Shown piece after piece: positions 36,686 through 50,719 of a stretch of DNA of 64,000 nt. Within the stretch, counting starts at the first letter, position 1. The number at the start of each line of letters is the position of its first letter. This stretch comes from Paraphysomonas bandaiensis (Eukaryota > Protista > Chrysophyceae), in contig CBFFRP010000380.1 in the NCBI GenBank assembly GCA_965644295.1, forward strand, positions 1 to 64,000. Reading direction: 5' to 3'. Position numbers and translations under genes: made by a program. The notes beneath the pieces are model-generated. The model made no database searches and had not been told where the DNA came from. It was given only the letters and a program-made list of their open reading frames with translations.

Positions 36686-38116
36686 TTACAAAAAGTGTCT
36701 CACAAGGCGATAAGTGAGAGAGAGTTTATTCAGGGTGTTGTGTTTCCTCAGCTGAGTATCTGGCACTTTTGAGGATAAATACGGGATATATTTAATGAAA
36801 AGAGAAAGCGAAAATATGCACGTCAAATACTCCCATACTTGCATCAGGCGATCCTCACGAGTTGCGCCGACTGGGACGTGCTTATTTCGTACCATGTATA
36901 CAGACACAGCATAAAGCCACCAGAGGGCGGGTGTTGAGCATAGAACAAAGAGAGGAATCATCACAGAAATATCGAAAAGCTCTTTGAATACGACTACACA
37001 AACCTGAACCATTAGAAAAAAAATGAGTTCGGTGTATATGAGTAGAACCGCCGCTGGTCTGAAGACAAAATTGAGCAGAAGGTAGAGTCCTGTGTCGAGT
37101 ACATAAGCAACACGAGCATGGGTTAGTGCTGCAATGTCGAAGCCCAGAAACCGGTGCATGGTTATTCTTCGCGGGGTATGGTAGGGATGATTGGGATACT
37201 TCGGCAGCATGTAGGGAAGGTTCTTGTCATTTCCGCTACTCCTTCTTCCATCAACGGGAGAGCATTTACCCTCACGCTCATCAAGCCACCGCCATGTGTC
37301 ATTATACCCGAGTTCATATAGCCAATCTACCGTTCCCTCGCAGGACGGCGGAAGAAGCGACCACCATATTGGAACGTATCTTGAAGGTTTGATATCCGTA
37401 TTCGCGAAGTAAAGTGGGGACACAGTGATGGAATTTTCGTCAAAAGTGGGATTGTACACGGAATAACAGCCGTCAAGAAGCCAACTACCTCGGTGCCACA
37501 CCGGGGGGGCAAAGGGCCACGCAGCAGATGAAGCGAGTAGACATTGCTTCAAGTCGTGCGGAGAGTCGTAAGATTTGGCTCGACACTCAGTCATAAAGGG
37601 AAGCTCCGTGTAAGCTACGACTAAATTACCTTCAGGAATATCAGAGCAGCCTTTCAAATCAATTGCGTAATCGAGACACTCAGATACATACTGTGCAATT
37701 TTGAAAATGCCAAAGAGAGACTTATACGCTCGACTAACACATTCATCCTTGCAAAACTGCTTCGCTTTCTCAAAATCTCCGTCAAGTATCATTCCCGCTG
37801 CAGTTAGGGCACCAGCTACATACATAATATCAATTTCCGCTGCAGTATACTGAGCTCTGCATACCTGAGCACCCTGAACATTTAATATTTTTGTTGTAGC
37901 CCCTATCTTTTAAACATTGCCCAACACCAAACATATACAAAAATAGCCATCCTCCACTGGAGAAACTTATAGTTTCAAAGGGCTTTATAGTCGTTTGTTT
38001 TTGTTCTGTGTGATCAGATATCTGCACAGAATAAAACATATGAGGATGTATATCTAAACACATCAGATGAATACCTTGGTTGATGGTGTATCACTTACTA
38101 CAGACTGACGTGCCAT
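36686..38116 (-). CDS. Patatin-like phospholipase/lipase (PNPLA) with C-terminal TM segments
   Basis: ISFSSGGWLFLYMFGV glycine-rich loop; GCSAG nucleophile motif completed across an intron; LLASSA..F; LLDGCY. Confidence 0.85.
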
Positions 38117-38723
38117 GTTTGAGATAGTGTCCACTGCTGTATATAGTCTCAACTACTCTCTATGTATACACAGAGAAATTCTAATGGAAAACGCTAATAG
38201 CACACATGTGTCATATGTCCAATACAAGTACTATTACCACACCATGTGATGCTGTTTTATATGTCTGAATGAGATCATAGAAAGAATGGAGGTGAGTGTA
38301 GTTCAAATTCCATAGCAAACAATTCCATATATATGTTCTATAAGTATGTAATTCTATAGAGGTGTATGGTGTATGGTGTACGGCGGTGTACGGGGTCAAT
38401 GTATGTGTTCTATAAACTAAACTGTAGCCGGATATATGTACGCAGTTGGTAGAGTATACAGTACTGCTGCTGGTCCTTTCTGACCATATGGTGGGATGGG
38501 AATATCGAACTCGAAGAGTGAGCTCAAGATGACGCTCACCAAATCCAGGTAGAGAATATACATATACATATATCTATATATCAAGGAGGTATACTTGCTA
38601 CAGCAGTAGAGTTATCTGTGTCGCTTGTTAGTCCTCCTCTAGAACAAGAGTGCCATAATATATGAATCATATAATTTGATCACGTGAAAAATTGCACTCT
38701 GAAAGATATTGTGGAAGACATTC

Positions 38724-41700
38724 ATGTTACGTTTGTTGTTAGTGTTTAGTATTATTGTCGCTACAGCGGCTGTGTGTTGTCCTCCTAACTTTTATCCTTA
38801 TAACACTAATGACTACTGTTATTATATTACTGGTTCACCACGAACATATCAGGAAGTCCATACTTTATGTAGCCAACGCGGAGGCTACATGGTATCTATT
38901 GGAACTTGGGAAGAGCAAAGCGCATTGATTAGTGCTTTGAATTGCTTTCATAACAGGCAAGATGTTTACATTGGTGCCACTGATATCAATGCTGAAGCCA
39001 CCTGGATATGGGATAATGGGGAACCAGTAGCGCCCTATGTCAATTGGGATGGTGGCTCAGCGCCGAGTAATGCTGCGAAGGATTGTGCTTATATTCCAAG
39101 CACGCAACAGGCTTGGAATGACGTAGATTGCACTGAACGCAAAGCTTATGTATGTGAGGCTGATCCGCTTGTATCCTGTGTTTCTTCTCCAACGCCGTCC
39201 CCAACAGTTCAATGTCCTAGTGGTTTTTCACCGTATGGGAATTTTTGTTATTTTTTTGCTTCTAGTTTTAAAAAGTATTCCGAAGTGGCGAATGCCTGCC
39301 AAAATTTGGGTGGTTATGTACTCTCCATCAATTCGGCGGAGGAGCAGGAGCAGCTTGTACTGGCGTTGGAGGGACAAGGCACATGTAACAGTTATCGATC
39401 AAAGTTTTATATTGGGTATTCGGATGCTGCTGCTATTGGCACGTGGATGTGAGTACTTGTCACATAGTCATATTCTTACAATATTTCTAATCAATTAACT
39501 GTCAATTTTACCATGTGTCGTTTACAGATGGGATGATGGAACAGGAAGTGGTTCTTTTTCATTTTGGAAAGATGGCACTGACTTGTCTGTTAACGGTAAT
39601 TATGATTGCGCCGTATTCCGCAGCGACAATACCTGGGAAATTGAAAACTGTAATACATATTTACAATTTTCCTGTGAAGCAGATCCCCTTGTGATTGCTA
39701 CATCGAGTCCGACACTATCTCCTACAAGGTTCCCAACTACAAACCCTACTGGAAACCCTACCGAAAATCCCACGTTATCACCTACTCGTGAACCGACACT
39801 ACTTCCAACTCGCGCACCTACCGTGTCTCCAACATGTAATCCTTCCTCTATTCCTACCAACATTCCTACCTCCCTTCCTACTCACACTCCTTCGTATACA
39901 CCTACCTCTCTCCCTACTCACACTCCTTCGTATACACCTACCTCTCTTCCTTCCCACACTCCGTCCTCTACACCTACCACTCTTCCATCCAGCACTCCCA
40001 CTTATACACCTTCCTCTCTTCCTTCCCGCACTCCGTCCTCTACTCCTTCCTCTCTTCCTACTCACATCCCGTCCTCTACTCCTTCCTCTCTACCATCCTA
40101 CACCCCGTCCTCTACTCCTTCCTCCCTTCCTACTCACACTCCCTCCTCAACTCCTACTACTCTTCCTTCCCACACTCCGTCCTCTACACCTTCCTCTCTT
40201 CCTACTCACACTCCGTCCTCTACACCTACCACTCTTCCATCCAGCACTCCCACTTATACACCTACCTCTCTTCCTTCCCACACTCCGTCCTCTACACCTA
40301 CCACTATTCCTACTCACACTCCCTCCTCTACACCTTCCTCTCTTCCTTCCCGCACTCCGTCCTCTACTCCTTCCTCTCTACCATCCTACACCCCGTCCTC
40401 TACTCCTTCCTCCCTTCCTACTCACACTCCGTCCTCTACCCCTACCACTATTCCTACTCACACTCCGTCCTCTACTCCTTCCTCTCTACCATCCCACACC
40501 CCGTCCTCTACTCCTTCCTCCCTTCCTACTCACACTCCGTCCTCTACACCTACCACTCTTCCTACTCACACTCCCTCCTCTACTCCTTCCTCTCTTCCTT
40601 CCCGCACCCCGTCCTCTACTCCTTCCTCTCTTCCTACTCACACTCCGTCCTCTACTCCTTCCTCTCTACCATCCCACACCCCGTCCTCTACTCCTTCCTC
40701 CCTTCCTACTTACACTCCCTCTTCAACTCCTACTACTCTTCCTTCCCACACTCCGTCCTCTACACCTTCCTCTCTTCCTTCCCACACTCCGTCCTCTACA
40801 CCTACCACTCTTCCATCCAGCACTCCCACATATACACCTACCTCTCTTCCTTCCCACACTCCCTCCTCTACCCCTACCACTATTCCAACTGACACTCCCA
40901 CATACACACCTACTTCCCTACCTTCCCGCACTCCCTCCTCTACTCCTAGCACTCTTCCAACCAGCTTACCCTCTTCACCTCCTACCTCTCTTCCTACCCA
41001 CAGTCCGTCCTCTACACCTACTACTCTTCCTACCCACAGTCCGTCCTCTACACCTACCTCTCTTCCTACCCACAGTCCGTCCTCTACCCCTACCTCCCTT
41101 CCAACTGATACTCCCACATGTACACCTACCTTTTTTCCTACCCACACCCCGTCCTCTACTCCTACCACTCTTCCATCGAGCTTACCCTCTTTGCCTCCTA
41201 CCTCTCTTCCTACTCTTACTCCTAGCTCCCTTCCAACTGACACTCCCACATATACACCAATCACTATTCCTACCCTCACTCCCTCTTCTATTCTTACCCA
41301 CACTCCGTCCTATAGTCCTGCCTTAATTCCATCTCAGTCCCCTTCTTATGTTCCTACTCCATCCTCACTTCCATCTCGTTTTCCGTCAAATGGTTCAACA
41401 TCTACTCCAGCTGATACACCGACAGCTGTACCTACCTATATTCGACTTAATTCACCTTCATATATTCCAACCTCTACTCAATCTGATGCGCCGATTTCCA
41501 AACCAACGTTTCTTCCATCTGATGAACCAACTATTATTCCAACTCGTTTACCATATTCTCCTTCTGATACAACTGTCGTTCCAACACATATGCTTACTGA
41601 ATATCCTACATACGTACCTAATATATTTCCAACATCGATTCCTAGTTTTCAAGCCGCTTCTCCCTCCTCATTTTCCCCTACAGCTATACCCTCCATGGGT

Positions 41701-44700
41701 GGACCTTCTGAATCAACTTTGTCTCTGTTTCCGTCAACAACTTCATCATCCTCAAACAGCCCTCTCACAATATTGCCGACGATACTTCCAACTTCAATGC
41801 CATCTCTGTTGTTTGCACCTGGTATTACTGTAAGAAATTGGACTTCAACCAAGTCCACTGTGTCGATCACGGCCTCATTATCCCAGACCGGCTCCTTGTA
41901 CTGCGCGGCGTATTTGAATAGTTTCACGCCACACACAACCAGCGATATTATAGTGAAGAATATTTTCGTTGTTTTTGCATCGGAGAGGCAGCTGCGCACG
42001 CTGACCATTTATGACCTTCAACCTTCAACATTGCATAATTTGTATTGCGTTGCAAGGAGTATGCACGGTGTGACAACGCGCTACGAGGATATGATTTTAA
42101 ATAAGATTTCTGTAGAAACGAGTTGCTGCAAGCAAGTTATTGTTTCTCTCAGTGGTATATCTTTCCTCGAGAATACTGATGTCGAAAATGTTATTTCTTT
42201 GACGTCGACTGCTGCACCGATGGCATATTTAACTGTAGCTCTATCCGCACAATATGAGAGTACTTCAAACTCGTCCATCCTGAGTGTAGCCCCTTTTTTT
42301 CCTAGCACCGTCACAATCAGTCCGAAATCCTGGAAAGTGGGTCAGGGAATAGCGCTTGTTAGCAGCAGTGCAGGTGCATACTCCATAGCCGCATCGCTTA
42401 GTGGCCCCGATGCGAAAGATTTCGAGGTCGTGTTTTCAACGGCTGATACATTAACTTTGCTAACGTCAACAGAAGGCATGAAGCCGCCCGTGTTGAAAAC
42501 TGTACAGTTTTCAGGGGATGGTCGTACGTTGAATGCAAGATTTGATTCTCCAACAGACAAGGCCTACAGAACGAATGATTTCGCTTGTTCTCATGTGTTT
42601 GAATTTACTGGTAGTGATGATTCCAAATGTGAATGGGTGAGTCCCGTTGCAGTCGTCATTACTCTTGGGGGATCAAGTCGCGTTGGTGTTGGAAGCTATG
42701 TATCTGTTGTGGATGGAGTAGTTCGTGCTCAATGCTCATTGTCGTTAAGTGAGTGCCTGGAATGGGCCACTGTTAAATCGACGCGTGTCCCCGTATTAGC
42801 CCCGGAGTCCCCATTGTCCCCTGTAGTGGCAATATCTGGCCCCACGGTAGTTGGACCATGTGATACTCCTGTTCTGGACTCCACATCATCAAGTGGGTCA
42901 GGCGGACGACCCTGGAATTCTTTCTCTGTCTCTGTAACCAGCCAGAATGCGGAATCTGCACGGAAAGCTGAAGTATTCTTTGACACGAGTTATCGCCTCA
43001 ATCCCCCGACCCCAATCCCGTTAGGAACTTTACAGCCTGGATTTCTTTATGATTTTCACGTATCCATCTGTAACTTTCTCGGCGCATGTTCGCAAGCTGT
43101 TCACCGCCTGGAAGTTACACTACATTCTGTTCCTGTGGTGACTATTGTAGGCCAGCAAGTGCGATCTGTAGCGACTGGAAACCCTCTCCTTCTGAAGTCA
43201 CAGGCTTATATATCACATTGTAATGGGACGGTCTCGTACTCAGGCCTCAGGTATTCGTGGTCTGTATACAAAGACGATGTGCTGGACAGCTCTATTCAAT
43301 CACTTACTGTTGATAGCTCCAAGTTCAAGGTGCAACCGTATTCCCTTCAACCGAACTCGCTGTATGCTTTCACTGTTGCTGTATCTAGTACGTTAACACC
43401 ATTGTCCTCGAAGGCGACTGTAACGATCTTAGTACCTCAATCTGATTTAGTTGCTATGATATCGGGTGGATCTGAGCAGTCAGTTCGACAAGGCGAGTCG
43501 ATAATACTTGATGCTTTCGATAGCTATGATATGGATAATGAAAATCGAACTTCTGACGGTTTAAGCTATACGTGGGAATGCAAACAGCTCAAGCCAATGT
43601 TGTCCCCGTTCTGTCTCATTGGGTTGGATATCGTCAATGATTATGTTATCATTTCTGCCAACTCCTCCTCAGTATTAGGGTCTGTTAACGTAATCACTTT
43701 AACTATTTCTGATTCTACCAGAGAGGCTAGAGATTCGGTATACGTAACCGTGTCTGACGCTGCTGCACCTGTAGTGACGGTATCTGCGAAGAACAAATCT
43801 CCAAAACTGAATCCGTCGAACGATATTATCATCTTTGGCACTGTTGAGGTACCGGTCACGACTGCGGTGATGTGGTCTGTTGATGATGATGCAATTGATC
43901 TATCGTCCTTTGCACGGACGAAGATCAGGAAAACACTGCAAAGAGGCATTCACAGTTTTAACCTTGTAGTTGCTGGTTCGTCGCTGAGGGGAAAGCGGAC
44001 TCCATATACGTTTTCGCTATTGGCTTCTGGCACGAAAGCGTCTATCGCTGTCGTTGTTAACACTGCCCCCCTACCTGGAGTCTTTGAAGTCAGTCCTGGA
44101 AATGGCACTGCGTTGAATACTATGTTTTCTTTCTCTGCATCTCAATGGGCAGATGACGACGTTCCTCTGTCGTATGAGTTTGGTTTTTCTACAACAGAGA
44201 TTGGGACGAATGTCATAAAAGGTAGATCCGAAGCTGCTTTCTGCTCGTCTTATCTACCAGTGGGAAGAGCAACATCTGGATACACCGTGGTATGTTCTGC
44301 TCGTGTTTTTGATGCTTTGAGCGCCTACACCAAGGCAGAATCGTCTATTATAGTTAATGAGATTGCTTTTTCGGATGAGAGCCTTCGTTTGAAGATTTCG
44401 GAACAGTTGGCTTTAGGTGAATGGGATATCGACATTATGAAAGGAACTGTTGCAATTGCTAGCTCGATGCTGAACACAAGAGACTGTAGTTCAACTCCTG
44501 ACTGCGTGGAGTTGCATCGTGAAGAGTGCAGTTATACGAAAAACACTTGTGGGGAGTGCTTTGCTGGTTTCATAGGTGTCGAGGGTGATGACAACTCCCT
44601 CTGTATAAATGAGACAGAGTTTTTATCCGGTTCCAATCTCAGTTGTATGAGTGACAGTGATTGTGGAGGTTGGGACTACTGTGGTATTACCAATGAGTGT

Positions 44701-47700
44701 ATCCGAAAATCAAAGGCATGCAATTTCAACTGCTCTGATAATGGGGTGTGTGTTCTGAGGAAAGTTGATTCTGGCAAAGAAACTGACTATTGTGCGTATG
44801 GGGACAGCGCATGTGAAGCTCAGTGCGAGTGTTTCAATGGATATATGGGAAGTGTATGCGATATTAGTTCTGAGGATATGAATCTTAAACAGGAGATGAG
44901 GACACAACTTATTCGTGGTTTGGAATATGTGGTGCAGTTGGATGATCCCAGTACCGACAGCATTGAGTCCTGGTTGTGGAGCTTGACGGCGCTCACGGAG
45001 TCCCCGGAAGAACTTAATCATGAAGGCACTGGTACTGTACTTTCCATTGCGACCTCTTTGATTACCATGGTCGCAGACTATGACTTATCTTACCATAGTA
45101 TGTTGGATATTTTCGGTCCTGTGAATACTGCGTTATTAGCATCGGCTGATTCCTCGCAGAAAAATGCTACTAGGCGAAAGCTAGTGGAATTGTATGACAC
45201 TGTGGCTGTTTTGGATGCAGTTGGTGCATATGTGGCGTCAGGTATGGTGGACGGGGAAGATTCATTCGACACCATTAACACAGCAGTTCGACTAACCTCT
45301 CAAGTTCTCACACCTGAAATTGACATGCTGAATTCCCTATCTATTCCCCTGACAAATACGGAAGTGCTAAGCAACACCGTTCCATCAACTTGCACCTTCG
45401 GTAATATTTCGGGTTTAACACATCGAGTTGTAGCCATGTCACTAAAGGCTAAGCTGTATGATGAGGCTGTGGACTTCACTTCCAATACTATGCGCATTAA
45501 GTTTGTAGGGAAGTCAACAGACGACATTCCCACCATGACATTTAATATTCGAAATTGGGATTCCGAAAGGTATGACCCTCTTTCGGAAAGTCTGACCGTA
45601 AACACGACGTGCGAAGATGGTGACAACTCAAGATACTACCACTCGTGTTTAGGTGGACCGGATGGAAATATTACTGTGACGCATACATGCAATGGAACTA
45701 CCGCTACAATCCAAACTCGATGTCCAAGAATTTCTTCAGTGCCAGGCTGCCGCGTCCTCAGTGGTTTCGATTTTAACTGCTCTGTACAGTCGTATACGGA
45801 GCATTCTACGACTTGTGTGTGTACCAAGCTGGATGACGAAGGCCGTAGACTTTCGGCTAAAACCGCAGATGTTGTTGAAAATTCTGGAGCCTTGGAAGTA
45901 GTCGCTGTGTCGACCATCCTTGTTGAAGATTTCGTGACGACGATAACAGATGGTGGACATATAAACTCTGTAAACGATGTTGAAGACACTATGATAATAA
46001 TACTGTTGTATGGCGTAATGTGGGCCACAGGACTATTAGGAGTTTTCACCTGTTCTTTGAAACAGCTCCGTAACAATGCCAAGACATCGACTTCAGCTAA
46101 GAATAAGATTGAAAAGAAAAAAGATCTTGCGAAGAGTACGAGGTCTAAAGAAGATATTAACGCCTACTTAGTGGCTTATGTGAATGAAATTTTTCCTGCC
46201 GTGTTTCAGTCCAACTCCACCTTAAGCCGCCTGGTAGCCGAAATACGGAAGCATCACCGCTACATATTAATATTCACAGCAACTGGTCCCAATGCAGAGA
46301 GTATCAGAATGTTGACTTGTATGCACCTTCTCACAATTCAGAGTATGCTCATGTTTATGCTAGCTCTTTGCTATGATCTTCAGGTACAAGATGTGGTACG
46401 ATGTATATGTTTTCCGTTACCATAACTTTGTTCACAGTATCCGGAAGATGATGGCACATGTGGTGCGTATGAAACAGAAAAGGCATGTTTATCTGAGAAA
46501 TCTCCTTTCGATGTGTCGAAATCTCTTTGCTCGTGGAGTTGGATTGAAGATGTCCACGGAGACGGGTTCGTGTGCGTGTACGATGAAGGTACTCAAACGT
46601 TAACTGTTCAGGTCTGTATTACGACTGATTTTTCGTAATTCTAACTATAATTCCAGTCTGTGGTGATAATATCGATTGTCATCGCCATGTTTACAGGTAA
46701 CAAAGATTTCGCTCACTATTTCTCAACTCACCAAAAATTACAGCACCTGTGAACTTGCTTGTAGACTTTTTGTTTATCGATGTGCTCTCCGCGCCTACGG
46801 TGGATTCGCTGAAGATGAAGAACGAAGTCAGTGCCCTATCCAATATGGCCCGGCGAGCTTCGATGGTTGGTGCGAACGTCGGTAGACGCCTTTCCACCGT
46901 TGGGAAGCGTGTAGCGCAAGTATCTGGCGACACTGTTAAGCGGGTGACTCAAAGGAATTCTTTCGTCCGCAATACCTTACGCATTGAAACTACGCGTCAA
47001 GTTCCAGATATTACTGCGGAAGCACAAGCTTTAGCTACCGTGTCTGCTGCCGAAGTTATGTCTGACGCGCGGAGAGATCATGATCAGAATTTAAGCCTAC
47101 GCAAGGAGCAGCGAAGTAAATCATCTGTTTGGAAACAAAGAATGTTGCTTGAAGAAAAGAGGAAAAAATCTATGAAATCTTCCCAGAGGAAGAAGGACGG
47201 TAAATCATATGCTGTCCCATTGCCCGATGAAGTAACACACCATGATTTGTTCTTGGAGCTTTGTGTCGATATAACAGAACAGCGACGACTGCTTAAACGT
47301 TCGCAACAGGAATCATTTGACAGTATGTGGGGGTAAGTAGATAGAATGAGCTTATGCTTTGTCCAACACGATTCTTTAGAATTGATCCCACAGGAGAGTT
47401 CTGCAGAAGGCAAAGCAATTTTTTATGTGGTGTTAGTTATTTCTCCGCTGAAAACGTAATTAAGAAAGAGCTCGCCTTTGTTCGAGAAGAATCGAACGCG
47501 AAGTTCAAGAAGTTGCGACTTGCTTCGGATGTTCATATTGGGCTGGAGATACTTCACCTCTTTTGTTTGGACTTGCTGGGTAGAAACACGCCTGTTGCAC
47601 GCATATTTCAAATTAAAGCAGAAGAAGAGTAAGTGCCGGTTGCTTTAGTTATTTTCTGTCGTGATTTCTATGTAGCTTTCGACATGCGATGGTTGTGACG

Positions 47701-49196
47701 AAAACTGCTAAAAGGATGGCGTGGTTAACAGTAGTTGTGTTGAACTTGTTTTTCGTTTATTTCTCAATGCTTCGTGGACTGGAGAGGGGACTTGCTTGGC
47801 AACAAACGTACCTGACCGCTTGTATAATTCGTAAGTGCAATATGATTGCATTATGTGCGATGCGCTCATAAGTTTTAATGCACAGAATTCATCATCGAAA
47901 TATTCTTTTACGGTAACCGAATATGTAGTCCTATATAACACTGTCATCTATGTTATATGTGTAGAAACCACTGAATGTGCGTTCGTACATTTCTTGATTC
48001 CTGACCTCGCGAGAAATGAAGTGCGCAGTGCAGCCTTCACTATGCACCAGGTTGTGCTTCAGAGTTGTGTTTTTCGTAGCTTACTTTGTTTTGAGTAGGC
48101 TATTCAGAAAATATGCTGGACAGGGTCGCAGATGACTCCGACTATTCTTGATGCCCCTAGATATTTTTTTGTATCCACTAATGTGGCACAAAAATTCCCG
48201 CATTTGCTGGAGAGTATTATTGTTCAATCGTATCACAGCTATCTGCCTGGAGAGATTGGCAACAAATGGAAGTTTATGCCGGCATCTGGTTTATTTGGTT
48301 GGAGATATTCCAGTCGAAGTCGTGTTGTAAAATTTTCATTAACAAACGTTCTCGTCCGACTTTTGCAACACCTTGGCGGTACCTCTCCCACAGCACAGCG
48401 CGTGTTGATTCATCTCATGCAGCCCCTGGCGGTGAGTGGGCTTTTCGTTTTGTGGGTCGTGTTATGGAAGCATCCTCTTTGGTCCATTGTTTTTGGAGTA
48501 TTAATCGTGTATAAGACTGTATCATTCCTCAAAGATTACCATGAGCGTCGTGAAGGCGAAAGTATTATGCCTTTAGCATCATTGCCTTCGCGAGTGACTT
48601 CTGGGAGTGACACACTGGAGAGTATGAAGAATGAGCTGTCGCCGAAGTCTTCCATTGGAGGCACTGATGAACCTCATGGCGCACTGGAAGAAAGCTGTCG
48701 TGTACCAGACGAACCTGTCGAACACGACTACAGATCGATTGAGACAACGGGAAATGATGCGCGTACTGAAGATTATGGTGAGCGCACAGTTTCTGCGGCT
48801 GTGTTACATCATTTAAATAGCGCGAACGATAACTTTGATGCTGAAGAATGTTTCTCGGATGGCGATTGTGCGTCTATCATATCGCGTGAAGACATGAGTA
48901 GCCATTCGTTTGATAGTATAGAGGATTCTGTTGAATTTGACTCAAAGGAGTGGGAGTGTGATATTTCCGTCCGGCAACATTCGAACATTTTGTCAAGAGA
49001 AAAAGGATTATTGACCTCCAATTTGCCTACAGATAACTTGGAGGAGTGTAAAGCCGCGTTGAATAATTGTTCACTGAGTTGCTCGTCAGGTACAGGGAGT
49101 GTGGCGACAGCAAATTCTATCCAGCTCTCTGACTATTCTGACGTTGACTCGGATGGGTATGATGAATTCGATACTGCGTTGTGCGACTCGCTGTAA
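38724..49196 (+). CDS. Very large surface receptor-like protein: signal peptide, 2 C-type lectin domains, mucin stalk, REJ/PKD-like region, EGF-like region, GPS-like motif, multiple TMs; multi-exon
   Basis: CTL motifs (CYY..., YIGATD..W.W.NG, DCA...WND..C...YVCE). REJ-like SGSGGRPW, ISGGSEQ..LDA.DSYD.D, YTWEC, NTAPLPG.FEVSP..G.ALNT.F...ASQW.DDDVPLSYEF. Cys-rich block, CSVQSYTEHSTTCVC, then TM helices in downstream exons. Confidence 0.85.
39853..41350 (+). repeat. Coding minisatellite (12/36-bp periodicity) encoding a PSSTPSSLPTHT-type mucin stalk
   Basis: Highly C/T-rich tandem units; Pro every fourth residue. Confidence 0.92.
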
Positions 49197-49420
49197 CTCG
49201 GCTCCATTTCATCATGTGGAATTTATTGCTGACAAACTTGATGTATCTTTATAATCAAGTATTGTACTCCTATAGTGTGTAATATATATATTTATGATCC
49301 CATGATGCCATGCATATTTTATAAGTGGTTGATGAGTCAAAGAATTTAGTTCAACCGCATTCTATCTGGTGATTGCATCATTTTATATGAAAGATTATAA
49401 TATTTAACTACTATCAGGGG

Positions 49421-49897
49421 TAGTAGTGAATGTCTTGTTATAAGCAATACGTGTTTAAGATTCCGAACTAATTTAGCATTGCAATTTAACTAGTGCTTGA
49501 CTCTGATATTCTACTATTTAACGCTACGGAAGCTGTTTGTGCCGTGTGCGTCACCGCAAGCACGAAGGTGTAACCACTTTGGCTCTATCACTCAAAGTGA
49601 ACGCAGTGAGCAAGAAAAATGTTGATATACCTGACATCTGCTGAGTTCAGGAGTTTTAAGTCCTTAAGGTTGAACAGCGAGGAGCTTGTCTTCACCGGTT
49701 ACCTGTTTATTCATCAAGGCCCAAATACACAGGTTACACTAATTAGTGTCCCTTGTACCACACAAGCATTCGGCTATAAGTGGGCAGAACGTTTTCTGCT
49801 GATTATATATGCGGCTCACGTTTGTTTCACAGAAATATCTCCGGTACTTGTCCCCCAGAACACCACAAAAAGGTGCGAGTTCGACTTTCTTGTGAGG
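49421..49897 (-). mobile_element. SINE-like element, near full length
   Basis: Same head (CCCTCACAAGAAAGTCGAACTCGCACC) and LINE-like tail ending GACATTCACTACTAC on the minus strand. Confidence 0.75.
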
Positions 49898-50065
49898 GAA
49901 TTATCATGATGTACATTGCTGCATTGATGACGCATGCACAAGACTTATTCCACAAGTAGTGGTTGGTGATTAAAACATCTTATTTAGCTAATCTGCTTCC
50001 TACATATGAGTTGTATTGTTTTCTCTCTGCGGTTATAAAACCAAAGTTTCATATGGCCAGTATAT

Positions 50066-50410
50066 CAGGGCCTGGTAACCATTAATGGTTGTCCAGTTCC
50101 CGAAAATTATAATGGCCATTACTACCTACTAAGTAGATATACCGCTCATAACAGATAGTGTGGCGGTCCCTTAATTGCTAAAATTTAGTTAAATAGCAGG
50201 CTACGAAATGTAACTACGTCTCGCTCTCCACTGGCACATCAGGATCATATTGCAGGGCTTCATGGAGGGTATAAGCATCCAACAGCATGCAATTGGCTTG
50301 TAGGAATAGCAACGAGTCTAGACTATATGTGGATTCATGTTTCTACGCTCAGGTGCCATAATCAATTTTGCACGAGACTAAAGAGCCTCTCAACAACACT
50401 CAATTGGTGA
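50066..50410 (-). mobile_element. hAT-like transposon 3' remnant (second copy)
   Basis: Near-identical to 36011-36410, including the terminus CAGGGCCTGGTAACC and the VERLFS region. Confidence 0.7.
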
Positions 50411-50559
50411 CCTTGGCGCTGTCCAGAACATGCTGTGCTAAATCAGTTATTTCAGTCTCGTCCTCGTTATTTCTGTCGGATGCACTAACATCAATGGATG
50501 AATCCAATTGCAGATGTCTAACTGCTCTTCTCTCATTACCTGTCTACTCTTTATCCTAA

Positions 50560-50697
50560 AGTCAGCAGTTGTCAGGAATATCAACATTTTTCTTGCTCAC
50601 GGCGTTTGCTTTGAGTGATAGAGCCAAAGTGGTTACACCTTCGTGCTTGAGGTGACGCACGAGCAGCTTTCGTAGCATTAAATAGTATAATATCAGT
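50560..50697 (+). mobile_element. SINE-like fragment (3' half)
   Basis: GTCAGG.ATATCAACATTTTTCTTGCTCAC...AAAGTGGTTACACCTTCGTGCTTG...TAAATAGTA matches the family. Confidence 0.65.
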
Positions 50698-50719
50698 TCC
50701 ACGATGCAACAGTTCCTTG

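Noticed and set aside
39695-41833. 543-aa Leu/Pro-rich ORF and antisense Gly/Val/Glu-rich ORFs
   Set aside because: Alternate frames of the C/T-rich mucin repeat, which lacks stops by composition.
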